Assembly: GCA_036172245.1 (NCBI GenBank) | Contig: JAYWIR010000002.1 | Location: forward strand, 2,542,001-2,606,000 | Source: Raillietiella orientalis | Lineage: Eukaryota | Direction of reading: 5' to 3' | Length of the DNA stretch: 64,000 nucleotides | Shown here: in pieces, positions 51,591 to 63,780 of the stretch | Layout: each line of letters starts with the position of its first letter | Numbering within the stretch: the stretch's first letter is position 1 | The notes under the pieces: generated by a model | The model's database searches: none | The model's input: the letters and a program-made list of their open reading frames with translations, nothing else | Told to the model about the DNA's origin: nothing | Made by a program: the position numbers and the translations under genes

Positions 51591-51913
51591 TCATAGGACG
51601 CCGAAAACCATGGAATTCGGCAAAGGACGAAGTATCTTAGGAGTACCGGAGGTCGTTAAGCGATGGGCGGTGCACGCACCAATGTGGAGAGCGGTGCGCT
51701 CCAACACAAGCCGCTCGAGGCAAAGCCGCTGGAGGTGCTGGAAATCCCTTTGACGGCTCTTCTGCTTTCTCTGCTCTCCTTTCAGATCTTTTTTTTTCTT
51801 TTTTCTTTTGGGTTCGTCAAGTGCTGAAGAATCATCCACCTCCGCAGGGGGGACTCACGAAGCTCTTAAACTCTGTCCAGGCCACCCGAGGGTGCCTGTC
51901 AGCTCTTCAGGTT

Positions 51914-52310
51914 AGGGGGTAACCCCGGAGGGACCACTCTATGAATCCAGGAAGGCTCTGGAAAAAGGAGTCCATTCCTCTTACGCTTGGTAGGGAATCC
52001 CGAAGGGAACCACCTCTTCCTTATTCTCTCTTGAGGGGTCCCCCAGAGGGGGATCACTCCTCATTTCTTTTCAAAGGGAACCTGAAAAAAACCCACTCCT
52101 GGAATTTTCTTATCTGGAGGGAACCCGCAAGGGAACTGCTCCTGGTTTCCTCCTATGAAAAGAACCTCAAAGGGACACTTCCCAATTTATTTGAAGGGCG
52201 CTTTCCGAAGGGAGGTCGACTTCCAATCACGGTCAGTACGAGGGCAACCGGTTTCCGGTTATCACCAGTGCCGCACCCAATTGCTCGACCTCGTGGACTT
52301 TTCCGCAGGG
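51914..52310 (+). repeat. Tandem hairpin array, copy 2 (~8 units) plus shared 3' segment
   Basis: Loop centres near 51927, 52002, 52045, 52127, 52169 and 52207. Linkers align with copy 1 (ctatgaatcca; gggacacttcc; gtcgact.cc.atc.cgg.ca..ggca.ccggttt..ccgcaccc). Confidence 0.8.
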
Positions 52311-52334
52311 GCGTGATACTGGGTATTTCGTAGG

Positions 52335-53053
52335 AAAACCTGCAATGGGCCCCGGTGCTCATAAACATTCACACCTCCTAAAAGTGGAAGGAGTCGGCGT
52401 TGATGCTGCTGCACTGGGGCCTCCCGTGCAACAGCCGCCGACATCTGTGGACATGGGGATTTGCGAACCCAAACTGTGCAAGGTGTAGGGAGCGGGAATC
52501 CCTCCAGCAGCTCCCAGTGCACTGTGTTGCCCTCCGGCCCCTTTGGGGACGCTTTGCCGCGACCCTTGAAACCCTCCGGCGGCAAAGCTAGAGACGTTTC
52601 GAAGCGTCTCTTCCTGGGCAACGCCCTCACGCCAGCTGCATCCCTAGCAGCATTTTGCTGCCTATGCGGGATCGTGGTTGCATGGAGCAACGCCAGAGGA
52701 GGTCAGAACGACAGAGACGCCATCTATTTCTCTGTCCTCTTCATGAGGACAGCATCAAGATGGCCCCATCTGGGAGTCTTGAAAAAGGAACTTGCCGGCA
52801 TCCTTGTAAGGATACAGAGAACACCCTCCAGCACACAGTGATCCCTTCCCGAATCTTCTCCCCCTATTTTTTGACTTTGTATTTTTTGTTTCATTTTTTT
52901 TTTTTTTGTCTCCCCTTCTCCTGTGCTGCCGACGTGAACCCCGCTGACCTGAGTGCCAGTTCCTGGCAGGTTCTCTCTCGTATTTATAAGCAACGGGGCA
53001 AGATCAAACGTCCAACCACAGACAAATATGTTTATTTTTTATGAATAAATGCC
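52335..53053 (+). mobile_element. 3' fragment of the same L1/Tx1-like family as 1606-3586 (zinc knuckle + 3' UTR)
   Basis: LLHWGLP..HLWTWGFANPNCARCRERESLQQLPVHCVALRPLW aligns with the 2940-3085 translation. Both copies share the stop context gtgatcccttccc and a pyrimidine-rich UTR, and end at AATAAATGCC. Confidence 0.8.
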
Positions 53054-53559
53054 TCGGAGTGACCAATTGTCAACCAGTGCTGCACTCGGAGCCCGTGGGT
53101 CAACCAGCGTTATCCTGAGGAGAGAATTCGAAACCCATGACGCACCCATTCCTCAGCGTGCCGGCTCAGGATCTGGGTATTCAAACCTGCAATGCTTGTT
53201 ACCGCAGGCGGAGCCACATGTCCTCCAACGAGGGCGCGCAGGTTGGGTCACTTGCGGAAGTGAACAAGTCCTCGTTAGAGCTCAGCCACTCGTGGGCAAC
53301 AAAGCGCAAACGGAGATGAAGATGGTGGGATCTCCCTCGGTGTTGGTTGCATCCTCCGGAACATCCTTCGTGAAAGACAAGCACGAAAGAGTTTGTGCAG
53401 AAAAGCAGGAAATCAAGACTTCCATCCAGAAAAAGTTTCGCCTGGTTTGTGGTCAGAAGACCTCTCTGTCGGGAACGTACCTTTGTCCACTTCAAATGCC
53501 CCTTTGTCCTTTGAAAATCTGAACAGAAGGCTGAATAAGAAAGTTCATGAGTAACAGCA

Positions 53560-54700
53560 TCATCAGTTGAGGTGTTCTCTTTCTGGAGAGTCAGCAGCCC
53601 ATCTTATACTGGTGGCTTTGTGAACTGATGGGTCTTCGAAAGATCGTGATTCGATATGAATTCCTGGGAATGTTCTCGAGAGTTTCGGCTGATGAGCATC
53701 CTCATCCTTCCACCTTCTGCAAACAGAAAATCTCATACCAATCAGTAGCCGGTCCACCCGGCTCTATGGAAATGCTCCCCATTCCCCATTTCAAGGAGTC
53801 TCTCATGATCGTCATCTCTGAGGACTTCGTGGAAGAACTTTCGGTCTCCGAATTTTTTTCCATTGAATTTGAAAGTACAAACTGTCCATCTTCTTTCGGA
53901 TACACTCCGGCCAGCTACCTGATCGATCTCATGAGACAGCCTTCCAAGAGCACCACGTGACCACAGAGACTATTGAATGCCACAAAGAGGACATGGAGAC
54001 GTTCTGATACAAACATTCCTTTCCACCAGCAGTAAGAATTGCTGCTTGTATCTTTTCTTGCATCTAAGGGAGAGCGTGCAGGATCTAGAAACGAGAGTCC
54101 AAAATGGACGTTGAATATCCCCGGGGTGTGGTCTTACCAGCTTCTATTCCTTATCACACCCTTGCTTCTCTCTAAGACGGAGGCGCCAAGTCGACCAAAC
54201 GTGGATTCGCCGGCTAATCAGTCTCCCTCATTCTTTTTATGCATCCCTCGGACTTTTCAGTGAAGCGCGCATCAGATCACTCCTCCCAGATGCTCATTCG
54301 GCATGGATAAAAAGAGCAAACATCGAGGAGAGTTGACGCATCCCCAACTCATCTCTTTTTGCGGGGGTGGAGCGCTCTACGATTCATCGCCATAGTATCA
54401 CTCCAGCAATCCGTGATCCAAGGATGACAGATGCTCAGGCGGGAGTTCTGGCGTCGCACTCGGCACAGTATGAACAATTCGGTGAGTCTCGCGTACATGT
54501 CCTTGCCGTAATGTATATCGGAGGAGATTGGTACCATCTTTTTTTTTTTCTCTCTCCACACAGCAAGGAAATCCGAAGGATCTCAGTTCCTTGCGTGACC
54601 GATCTACAGGATACAAGGGACCTCCTATATGCCAGGACCAAGGCTTCCAACGTTGGCTGTGCTCCAGTGGCGACAGCTGGTAAGCTGCATCTCGGTGTAG
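53560..54700 (-). mobile_element. Decayed Ty3/Gypsy pol (RNase H - integrase core)
   Basis: TLEALVLAYRRSL, KRWYQ, DIHYGKDMYARL (RNase H-like), then ERLHVLF, DRSGSWPEC and LKWGMGSISIEPGGP (cf. RLHIDF; D..SKWPE; RFG.P..IVSDNGP). Confidence 0.45.
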
Positions 54701-55317
54701 CCACATCCATCCTTTTTATTCCTGGAATTTCTCAATGGCAGCTGACGCATTCTCCGATGGGCAGGAGATGCCCAGAATGATCATCCGACTGCCCTTCGGC
54801 AAGATACATTCCAGTCTGAATGGGTGAGTGTACTCCTGGAACAACTTGGATGGAGGCTGTTAGTTCCCCTCGATGCTTGCTGCTGCTTCCAATGTACGGA
54901 TGTACCAAAGTGCAGCACCGCGAGGGTGTACCAAAGTGTACTATGTGTGTGGGTGGTTCCAGCTACGGATATCACAAGGTCAAAGAACGCAGCATCTCCT
55001 CGAAGTTGTTTCCAAGCTCTGTATTTTCTTTTTTTTTTGGTTTCTTGGAACGGAAGATCATGTTCATTCTCTCACACTGTGGTATCAAACCACCCATCGC
55101 GAAGGAGCACAGGTGTCTATCGATGCGATCCGGTTGCCAAGGCAGCAGCGTCTTCAGAAAATCCTCAAGCTCTGTGCTCATCATGCTGTCGTTGGTAAGG
55201 GTGGTCGGCGAGTATAGGACCCAGTAAGCAATATGCGCGTACAATAGGCACTGACTTCCGTTCACTCCTCGAAGGAAAGAGCGACGAGGACAGGAAGTGG
55301 AGGAGAAAGAGGACTGG

Positions 55318-55385
55318 AGGAAGGAAGAGGAAGGAAGAAGGAAGGAAGAAGGAAGGAAGGAAGAAGGAAGGAAGAAGGAAGGAAG
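55318..55385. repeat. (GAAG/GAA)n polypurine tract
   Basis: Directly visible purine-only repeat. Confidence 0.9.
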
Positions 55386-55659
55386 TGGAAAATAAGACAC
55401 GGTGGTCCAGCAGCAGCTTCTCCGATTCGCATCAGCGACAGTGCCTCGACTAACGAGTGGGCTTGCTCCTCAGGTATCCGGGTATTCTGCGTGTCTCTCT
55501 CTCCTTTTCGCAGAGGGGTGAACACGCACAATGCACACGTTCGCTCATCTGACCTTGAAGAGGACTTGCCATCATGTTGAGCATGGCTCGGCAGACACGT
55601 CACCCGAGAGATCCAGAAAAAAGGAAAGAAAGGAAGAACGAAAAAGAAGTCCCTAGAGA

Positions 55660-55900
55660 TCATGAGGTGGCAAGGATGAGGAGGAGTCCTGACTCTTTAC
55701 GTTTAAGTTCCAGAGGCCGAGTCCTGAGCTCCCGCATATCTTTCCCTTGAGAAAATCGAAAAGGGCGAAGCCTATCCGAGTCCTCGGAGAGGCCTTCTCT
55801 GGAGTGGAGCCCGGGAACGGAAGGGATCCTTGGAGGGTTTCGTCCGGGAAAAGAATGGACCAGGGGGTGATGCTTCTCGCACGAATCTCGCGGCGGACAC
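55660..55900 (-). mobile_element. Decayed L1/Tx1 endonuclease C-terminal fragment
   Basis: SDRLRP (cf. SDH.P) followed by GLGLWNLNVK (cf. GPGYWKLN). Confidence 0.35.
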
Positions 55901-58900
55901 GTTCAAGGGAGGAGCGGTTATCCTCCGATCTCGGGAAGTGTCGCTTGCACCTCCTCCTCCGAGGAAATCCCTCCCGTTTCTTCGGCAGCAGAGCGTCCTT
56001 CAGTCTGTTTGCTGCTGCAGGAAAACTGGTAGAGGATGGGGGAAGGGAAAAAGGAGGGAACACGCGGAGTTGCGGAACCATTCTTCCCTTTCCCTCTTCT
56101 CACTCCTGATCCGTTGAGAATCTCAGGGCAAAGGAAGAGTCGGATGCTTGGGATCTCTCCAAGCTCACTGCGTGGAGAGGATCGGGCAGCAGGTTCTTCG
56201 TTGCAGAGATTTTCCCTCTCTCCGCCTCTCTTTTCCTCATCTGTCTCGGATCGATGATCCTCCTGAACTTGCAATAAAAAAGGATTCGATCGCTTTCAGC
56301 AGACCGAATCCGGAGAAGCTTTCTTGTCCGCATTACGGGAAGGTCCCCTCCCCCCTCCACCTTCCAGCTGATGTCCTGATGTCTTCTGTGCCTACGTACG
56401 TGCGATATTGGAGGGAACGGCCGTTAGCGACCGAGGTCGGAGACCGAAAGAATGGATTGCCCTCAAACAGAAGGCAAATTACTCTTTCCTACCAGTTAGA
56501 GATGTAGAGGGGGGAGGGGGAGGAAGGGGGGGAGGGTAAGAGAGAGAAAGGCACTTGATGTAGATTTGTGATGGCAAAACAGGTGGAGAAGACCCTCGAA
56601 TTTCACATCAGAATTCACTTGCGTCATCAATTTGACGTTTCCCATTCAGAGCGCGAGGGATAAATTGGGTGGCCCAGTTTCCACAATGCCCATTTCGTGC
56701 CATTATTCTGCGATCTTCGGGACTCTTTTCAAAGCTAACAAACCGAAACGGAGGAGCTACGGAGGTACTTCGGATCGTGACATATTGTCGGATAGCGCGC
56801 GCCATCTGGCCGCTCAAGTTGCCCTTTCAAGTTGGTGCGAGCGGGAGCCGGGAGACGCGCTCCGAACGCACGCAGCACTCGCGCGCGGATTCCAGACGTG
56901 CGGACGGGAAAAACAAAAAAAATCCCCTCGGCATTACACACACGCGCACACAAAAAGAGGAGGAATCGAGCGGGTTCTTCCCGTGACACCGGGACCCGCT
57001 TTCGACCACAAGCGGTCCTCGACGCGATCGTGTGTCATCATCCAGGGAGGCCCTGTGTTCCAGGGAACCGAAACGTCCGAGCACAGGGGACAAACAAACA
57101 AACGTGCAAACAAACGGAACGGAACAGGAGGAGGAAGTCCCAAACAAACACCGCGAGATGATGACGCAACAACGGGCGGAGGCGAACACGCCATGCACCC
57201 CCGATGAGATACACTGCGGCGTTCGCCTCCCGCTCGTGGAACATCTGCCTTTGTTTGATCAGCAGGAGAAAAAAAAAAAAAAAAAAATGCTGTGTCGCCC
57301 TTTGGTCACACGCCGTTCGGGAATCTGCGGAGATGCAGGGAGCTCCTCGGCAGCGTAAATAAGCAGTCGGGGCGAGGGAGACCCGGCCCCATCCGAAGCG
57401 GTCGCAAGAGGAGAAAATCTCTCTCCCCCCTCCCCCCCCCGGCGCGCACACCTTGGCTCGCTGTCGCCCCGCAGCGCCCCGATGGACCGCGCGGAAACAC
57501 CATGGACCAATTCGCATCCTGCTTCCGGATCTAAAACCTCCGCACCGGCGAATTTCCAAGGTCCCTCCCGGTTTCGGGGAACGGTGACTCTTAAAGCGAG
57601 CTGTCTGCGGCATGTCCGCGGCAGCGGCACTGATAACCCCGGGAGCGCAGGAAGACGACTTTCACCCCCCCAAAGGCACCGCGCCCGGCGAATCGCGGAG
57701 TCCTAAGCACCGGCGATGGGAGCATCTGTGGTGTCGGACGCGTGTCGTCCGGCATCGGTTCAGCGGAGCAGCAGCGAAGGCACGCGTGCGCATTCCTTTA
57801 CGTGGTCGAAGTGACGCGGAGGTTCTCCACTGGAGATCGGGCTGGACCGCGGAAGAGAGGAGCGCGCACTGTCTTTGCAAGAGAGCGACGCGAAGACTTT
57901 CCAGGTCTTCCCCGCGTTTGCTGCGTCCACCGCAATGGATGCCGGGTGCACCTGCCATACCGGAACAAGCTCGCCGGTCTGTGCCTAGCGCTACCCCCTT
58001 TCCTCCTTACGATTCCCAAATGATTGAGGAAAAGATCCGGAGTCTGGACTTGTCCCGGCACCCATTCCACGCAAGTGTGCGCGCACGCTACCCGCGGACG
58101 CCCCTATTCGAGTGATCCCGCTGCGGAGGCAGCATCGAGGGTGCTCCCGGTTGTCTGCGCGGAGGCAGGCGCGCGCGCGCGCAAAAACGCACACTGGCTG
58201 CAGATTTCTTCTTCTTCTTCTGCTGCTGCTGCTGCAAGTGCGGGCGTTCACGAGCGCGCACTTCACGCATTTCCAGCTCCCCGGTTCCTTCGAGCGGTTC
58301 GCCTCTGGTCTCGCTAACGAGTCGGAGGTGCATCACGCTGGGGTCCCTTCGCTGGCCGCCTTCCGGCCATCAACCTCGGCGGAAGGTCTCTGCCGTCCAG
58401 ACTGAACAAATGAGCCTTGCCAATTAAGAGATCACCGCGCCGCCGGTGACTGTGCATTATCCCCGACTTCGCTTTCGAGCGCGCGCAGGAACGGAGCCCT
58501 CGAGGCTTCCAAGAACGTCTGCCCTTCCCGTCGCACCCGATTTCCATCCAGCGTGTTCCGAGCAAGGACGGGAAGAGGGAAGCAAAAAGGAACCGAGGGC
58601 AAACGAGAAGATGCTCAGCGAGCATCAGCCAGATAAATAAAAAATGGTGTTCCAGGAGGAACATAAGACGCAGTTCGGGAAGGAGGGAAGGCGGGAAGGG
58701 GGGGGGGGTTCTTACTGTACGGGAAGGCAGTCCAATTACGGCGGAATCTCCACGCACCGGGTTCCTAGGACAGAGCTAATTGCCTCCGTTGAGTGCTCAT
58801 TCCTACTCGGAATCTCCTGCGAGGACGAAACGCTCCTACTGCGGACCTGCCATCCCGTCGGAAGCGGCACGAGGTTCTCTGATCTGTCGAAGCGAGCGGA

Positions 58901-59029
58901 TGGAGGCGGTCCTTGCTCTCCAGGCACGCCTGGAGAGCAAGGACCCGGTCGTCGTCGTCGTCGCGCGGAAGAGAGGAGGAGGAAATGGAAGCCTCCTCCT
59001 TGCTCTTGGTGAGGATGAGGGAGGACCGG

Positions 59030-59400
59030 AGAGTCGGAAAGGAGTTGTCCGGCCTTTGGAGGATCTGGGGACGACAGGGAAGCGAGTACGAGATGGACGC
59101 TTTCTTCCCGTCCTGCTTGCGCCGCAATCCACGGGCACCCTCTCTCAGGACTGCTCCTCGCACCACCTCCTAATTGTTCCACGCTTCTGGAAAAACGTCC
59201 TTTATCCTTCCATCTCGTGACTGGGAGCGGTGCGGTCAGCGTGCGCGCCAACTGCCAGAAAGCCAGCGTGGACAGTTGGGGACAGCCGGGGAGACCAAAA
59301 AAAAAACAAATGTGTCGTCCCGGAGAGCTCACGCTGCGTGTTTCATTGATCTGGGAAGCCACTGGTGCTCAGCTGGGCCAACTTCTTGCGTCCAGAGGGA
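59030..59400 (+). mobile_element. Possible second Tx1-like ORF1 remnant
   Basis: ELSGLW..G..EY then WERCGQR / ANCQKASVDSWGQPG..C (degenerate knuckles). Confidence 0.3.
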
Positions 59401-60689
59401 TGGACAGACAGGGGACCAGCGAGTGAACGGGTGGCGCTTCGTCGAGACTGGACGAGGGAAACGGGCGGACGGTTCGGCCCCGAAAAGAGGAGTCGTCCGT
59501 ATCTGCGCCGCTCGAATTTTTTGGAGGGATCTGTTAACGAACGTTCCCTGCGCTCTCACACCGGTTGCTGCCGGAGGGATGACAGCGCGCCGTGTTGGGG
59601 AGATGCTGGTGATAACGCCCATTCTTCCTCCCCTCCTTCCCACCCGCACCCCGCAAAAAACACACGCACACACGCACATACCCTGATCGACACTGTTGGT
59701 GGGAAGTACTTCCATGGGAACAACGCAGATCCGCGAACACCGGGTTCTCCCTTGATCTCGGAACGGTCACATCACAAGACCGACAGCAGCCGCCAGACCT
59801 GTAGCCGACCTCGGATGCGGAACTGCTTTCGCCTCTATTCAGAAAATGAAAAAACAGAGAAGACCAGCTGCTGTTGGAGGTCGATCTTCGAAACCAAAAG
59901 AATTTGTGCTTGAGGATGCAGGTTTCTTAGCAGCTGATACGTGAGGAGCCTGCAAAGAAGTCAATCAGATGCAGGAGTGAGATTTCCTCTTCGAAGGAGG
60001 AAGGGAGGGAGGGGAAGGAAAGGAGGAGACAGGAAGACAAGGAAGCACAGGGCTTATAGCTGCATGCCGTTCCTTCTTTGTACCAAATCATTCCACGGTG
60101 TGTGTTGCAAAGGATAAATAGCCCCATTCATTAGGTAAAGGTGACCGGGATAGATTTCAGCCACTAGCCATTAGGTAAGCATAACAGTTTCTCGAGTATT
60201 CCAGAAAAATGTTCTGCATGGCAGGTCTCTGCCTACGGGAGCATGGAAGAAATGCTTCGCTGACCATTTGACTCCACTGCTCCATAAAGGTGCCTATGAA
60301 CTCGTATCGGGAGCAGACATCGAAAATTCAAATCAGTAATCGCAGGCTATGCGGCGGGAGATGCCCATGCAGATTCCTTACGGAATTGCAAGACCAACCG
60401 GGGAAATGCTCCGATGACCCAGGAGTCCCGAATCAACACACGGATGAGTGGCAGGGATCGCGGGTTCTGCCCTCAAGTCCCTATACAGTTTAACCGGCAG
60501 ATGTTGGGAAACGGAAGCACGAGGAGACGTGAAAACAACTGCCCTCCGGCATCGATCTGATGGACCTAGTTCCATACTCGGATGGGGAATTTTCGCCACT
60601 CGGTACGTGAAAGAGAATTGTTAGCAGAGAAAATACGCTGCAATCCTGTTAATTCATTATGCAACAAGAGACGTCAATCATCCTTAATA

Positions 60690-61200
60690 TGATTTGTGTT
60701 GTACTGGCTCTGACCGTGGCAGACGAGTCATTGGCCTCTGCAGATCACAACCTAGGAACCGAACTGCTGCTCCAAAACGGACGCCATCGGAAGACGACGG
60801 CTTCCACCTGGAAGCTGCCTGCGCACCGGGATGTGACATGGGGTGGCACGCGAAGTGCAAATCGATCAAAAAGGTTTCCTACACTGTGGCATCTCGCACA
60901 AGTAAGCTCTGCACACCACGATGGTGCATGTGCACTTCAGGGGAAACATCTTGGACGTGTACACATGTCCACCTGGCCGTAGTCGAGAACCAAGGAAGGT
61001 CTTGGAAAATTTGCCCATCCAAGAGGGGGCCTCTGCTTCTGTGTCCTGGAGGAGACTTTGAACACGTGGCTGAGCGGGCGTCAAGAGACCAGGTCCCATG
61101 ACCCCACGACCTGTTTAGGAGATTGAGTTTGACCGTTGAGGATTTTCGATGAATGCACGTTTCCGGGAACTTTTGCTGCCGGAAAATTCGATTGGTGGTG
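60690..61200 (-). mobile_element. Decayed Ty3/Gypsy integrase
   Basis: SWGHG..SATCSKSPP..GPLLDGQIFQDLPW (cf. WWPG..C.TCQ..KP..GLL.PL.IP..PW), YTSKMF, SSDGVRF (cf. SD.G.QF). Confidence 0.45.
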
Positions 61201-61220
61201 ACTGCGAAATGCACGTTTCC

Positions 61221-61275
61221 ATTTCGATTGCCCTCCAAGCTTCCAAGACAGGGAAGCTTGGAGGGCAATCGAAAT
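61221..61275. repeat. Perfect 24-bp inverted repeat with 7-nt loop
   Basis: atttcgattgccctccaagcttcc-aagacag-ggaagcttggagggcaatcgaaat. Confidence 0.95.
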
Positions 61276-62841
61276 CTGCTGCCGCGTGGCTGATGACAAC
61301 AGTGGAATCTCCTGCACGATGGAGTAAGTCGTAGATGCTAACGCTCCTTCGGGCCACTTCAGCGCACCAAAATGAGCGGGACGGTCCATAAAGAGAATCC
61401 AACTCCAGCCCGGACTCGGCTGACATCAGTGTCGTCATCCTCGAGCTTTCTACGTCCCAGGTCCCAAGATGCGTAAGTGATACTTCAAACGAGATGAGAC
61501 AGAGGTCTCGGCAGCGTCAGGTTGTCGGGTACCCCAAAATGCCCTCGGCAGAGATTCCTGATCATGGGTGGCGGGGGCGCATGCTCTCACCTTCATCCGA
61601 CCGTGTAATGGAGATGGACAAATTTCTTTGAAGGCGACAGCGGTTCATCTCGTTCACTAGGTGGTGGGATAAGCCGTCCGCCCGCTGGTTTCCAGTCACA
61701 ACAGTTGCCAGCACCCAAGAGGAAACCCCTGAGAGATCTTGCACAAAGGGAGAGAGAGGAAAAAGCCTTGAAAAAAAAAGGATGGAGAGAGGAAAAGGTG
61801 CGTAATCAGCAGTCATCCGTCACCCGACGGCCGGCCTCGGATCGGGAAATACAAATCATTCATTATCAGTGCATCCCTGAATAAACGTACCTATTACTTT
61901 TTTATTCCTGCCCATCCTACGTGGGATGAATTTCTAAACCTGCAGTCTTTTTCGATCCGAGGAGTGAATGACAGGTTGCATCTCGACACGGAGACGCTCA
62001 GCTAATTTCCAATTTGGGAACGGTGAGGTGTTTGGAAAACCAAACGTGCTTTCCACTAGGGGGAGAGGGAGCCTCCCGGCGTCGAACCATCAGACGTGGT
62101 TTTGAACCAGCCTGAAAAAGAAAATGGATAAGTGGGACTTTTTTCCGATGCCTGCGGATGATGATTTAGGAGCAAGGGGTGGAAACAGAGGTTGGGTCGG
62201 TTACGTTGCAGAAGCTCGTCCTCGGGGCGTTGTCCTCCACGTCGCAGGCTCTGTGCGGGTCTCATTCGATAGACCGGGATAGAGGCGCACCCGTTAGCAA
62301 GCTCCTTGTTTTCCAACGGAGACTGATTTATGTTCGCCTTTATTTGTTCAGGATTTACGTCTCCATCTGAACTGGATAATTGCCTTCAATGAGTACTCGG
62401 TGGTGTTTACACTTCAAAATACTAAGCAACAAAGTTGCTGAGCGCCCATTTATCTCTCGCACAAAGCCTCTCTGATCGATTCAAAAAGAGTGAAGCGGCT
62501 CGCGAATCGTGCCAGTGATTTATCGTCGCGTTAAGCTGTGTCTTTTGAGCTTGAGATGATGTATTTTATCTTTTTTTTTCCTCTCTTTGTCCTCTTCCGA
62601 TCCTAGGATTCCCAGCCTCAGAGAGGTCCCGAATCCAGAGCTTCCTGGAATCTGGGCGCCTGTCTCACGTTCGTGCTCCTTCTGGTGTCAGAGCCTTCCC
62701 CGAGAGTTCTTGACTTTGGTCCAAGGGAGTTTCACTTTCGCGTGCCTTGTCAGGAACGCTCGTTGACGTCATTGGCGCCAGGAGGTTTGCTCTTCAGATG
62801 TGCTCAGCAACTCCCCACGCCGTATTCCCTTTTCTGTTTGA

Positions 62842-62875
<34 letters not shown>

Positions 62876-62994
62876 GTGTTCCTGAGGAATCATTTTCCAG
62901 CGCCTAGCGGATGCGCTATTTCCGATCCATTCTGCGGGAGTGGCGCGATAACATCCTGACGCACGAATTTTCCATGCAGCTGATTTTTTTTCCT

Positions 62995-63780
62995 CAGGGT
63001 GCTTTCACGGGACCCTCATTCCCGAGCTGATTAGGGAGGTCCCCTTCCGAAAACTGGTCTGGTCGACGCTGCGCCTCCAGAACGCGTCGCAAAGACGCTG
63101 CCTCTCTCCATGGTGCGCGAGACCTGCGCAGCAACAGCTCAGTCGACTCCTCGAGTTCTCCTCCCTTCCTCCCCTCTGCTGACGCGCCGGTCTGCGAACC
63201 GGTCACCCGGCGGGTCTCCATGAAATTGTGCGTCGTTGGACCAACGGCCCAACCACAATTCCCCTGTAATGTGATTTGTTTTCGTAATAAACGCCCCGGC
63301 TCACCCGGGTGAAAATCGAGTTCTCCTTCCATGCGCAAGACGCCGCTGGATCTTCGTGGACGGGAACGGTGCTGCCATCTCCATTTCACGTCGAGGAATC
63401 TCTTCCGCCCACAATCCTGCGGTAGCGGGAGAATTTCCGTGGGCTGCTGTTTTTCAAGTCGCCGCTGCGTGCTTGGCATCGGTCCTTACTAGGAAGGTCT
63501 TCCCACTTTTCACTCTGATTCTGCTGACCACCAGCCTTCGTTGTTACCAGGATCCAATGAAGGGAAGGATTAGAAGGATGTTGAGCTGTGGGAGGCACGA
63601 ACAGTGGAAGATATTTGTCTAGAGGACACACCCGTTTTCTCCTCAGGCATACCCACAACGGCTGCCGCAGGGAGCGCCACGCTTGCAACACGCCGCGCAA
63701 CTACCAGCGAGTTGGCGCTGACAAGCGAGTGGAGAAACTAGAAGGATCACGTTCCAAAAAAAATGGAAGGAGATGACTGG
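62995..63780 (-). mobile_element. Decayed L1/Tx1 ORF2 (endonuclease C-terminus and linker)
   Basis: LQAWRSL..PLDKYL (cf. L.DAWR..RLDRF) and LLRRSRAPWREA..LEAQRR (cf. IRSRA.W.EEGE..LEK.R). Confidence 0.45.

Noticed and set aside
41047-52310. Hairpin arrays as CRISPR arrays
   Set aside because: Repeats are degenerate, linkers are low-complexity and short, there are no cas genes, and the context is an intron-rich eukaryote.
60694-61101. PHD-finger-like + strand ORF (CAPGCDMGWHAKC..WCMC)
   Set aside because: The first Cys pair is missing, and the opposite strand gives a longer ordered series of Gypsy integrase motifs.
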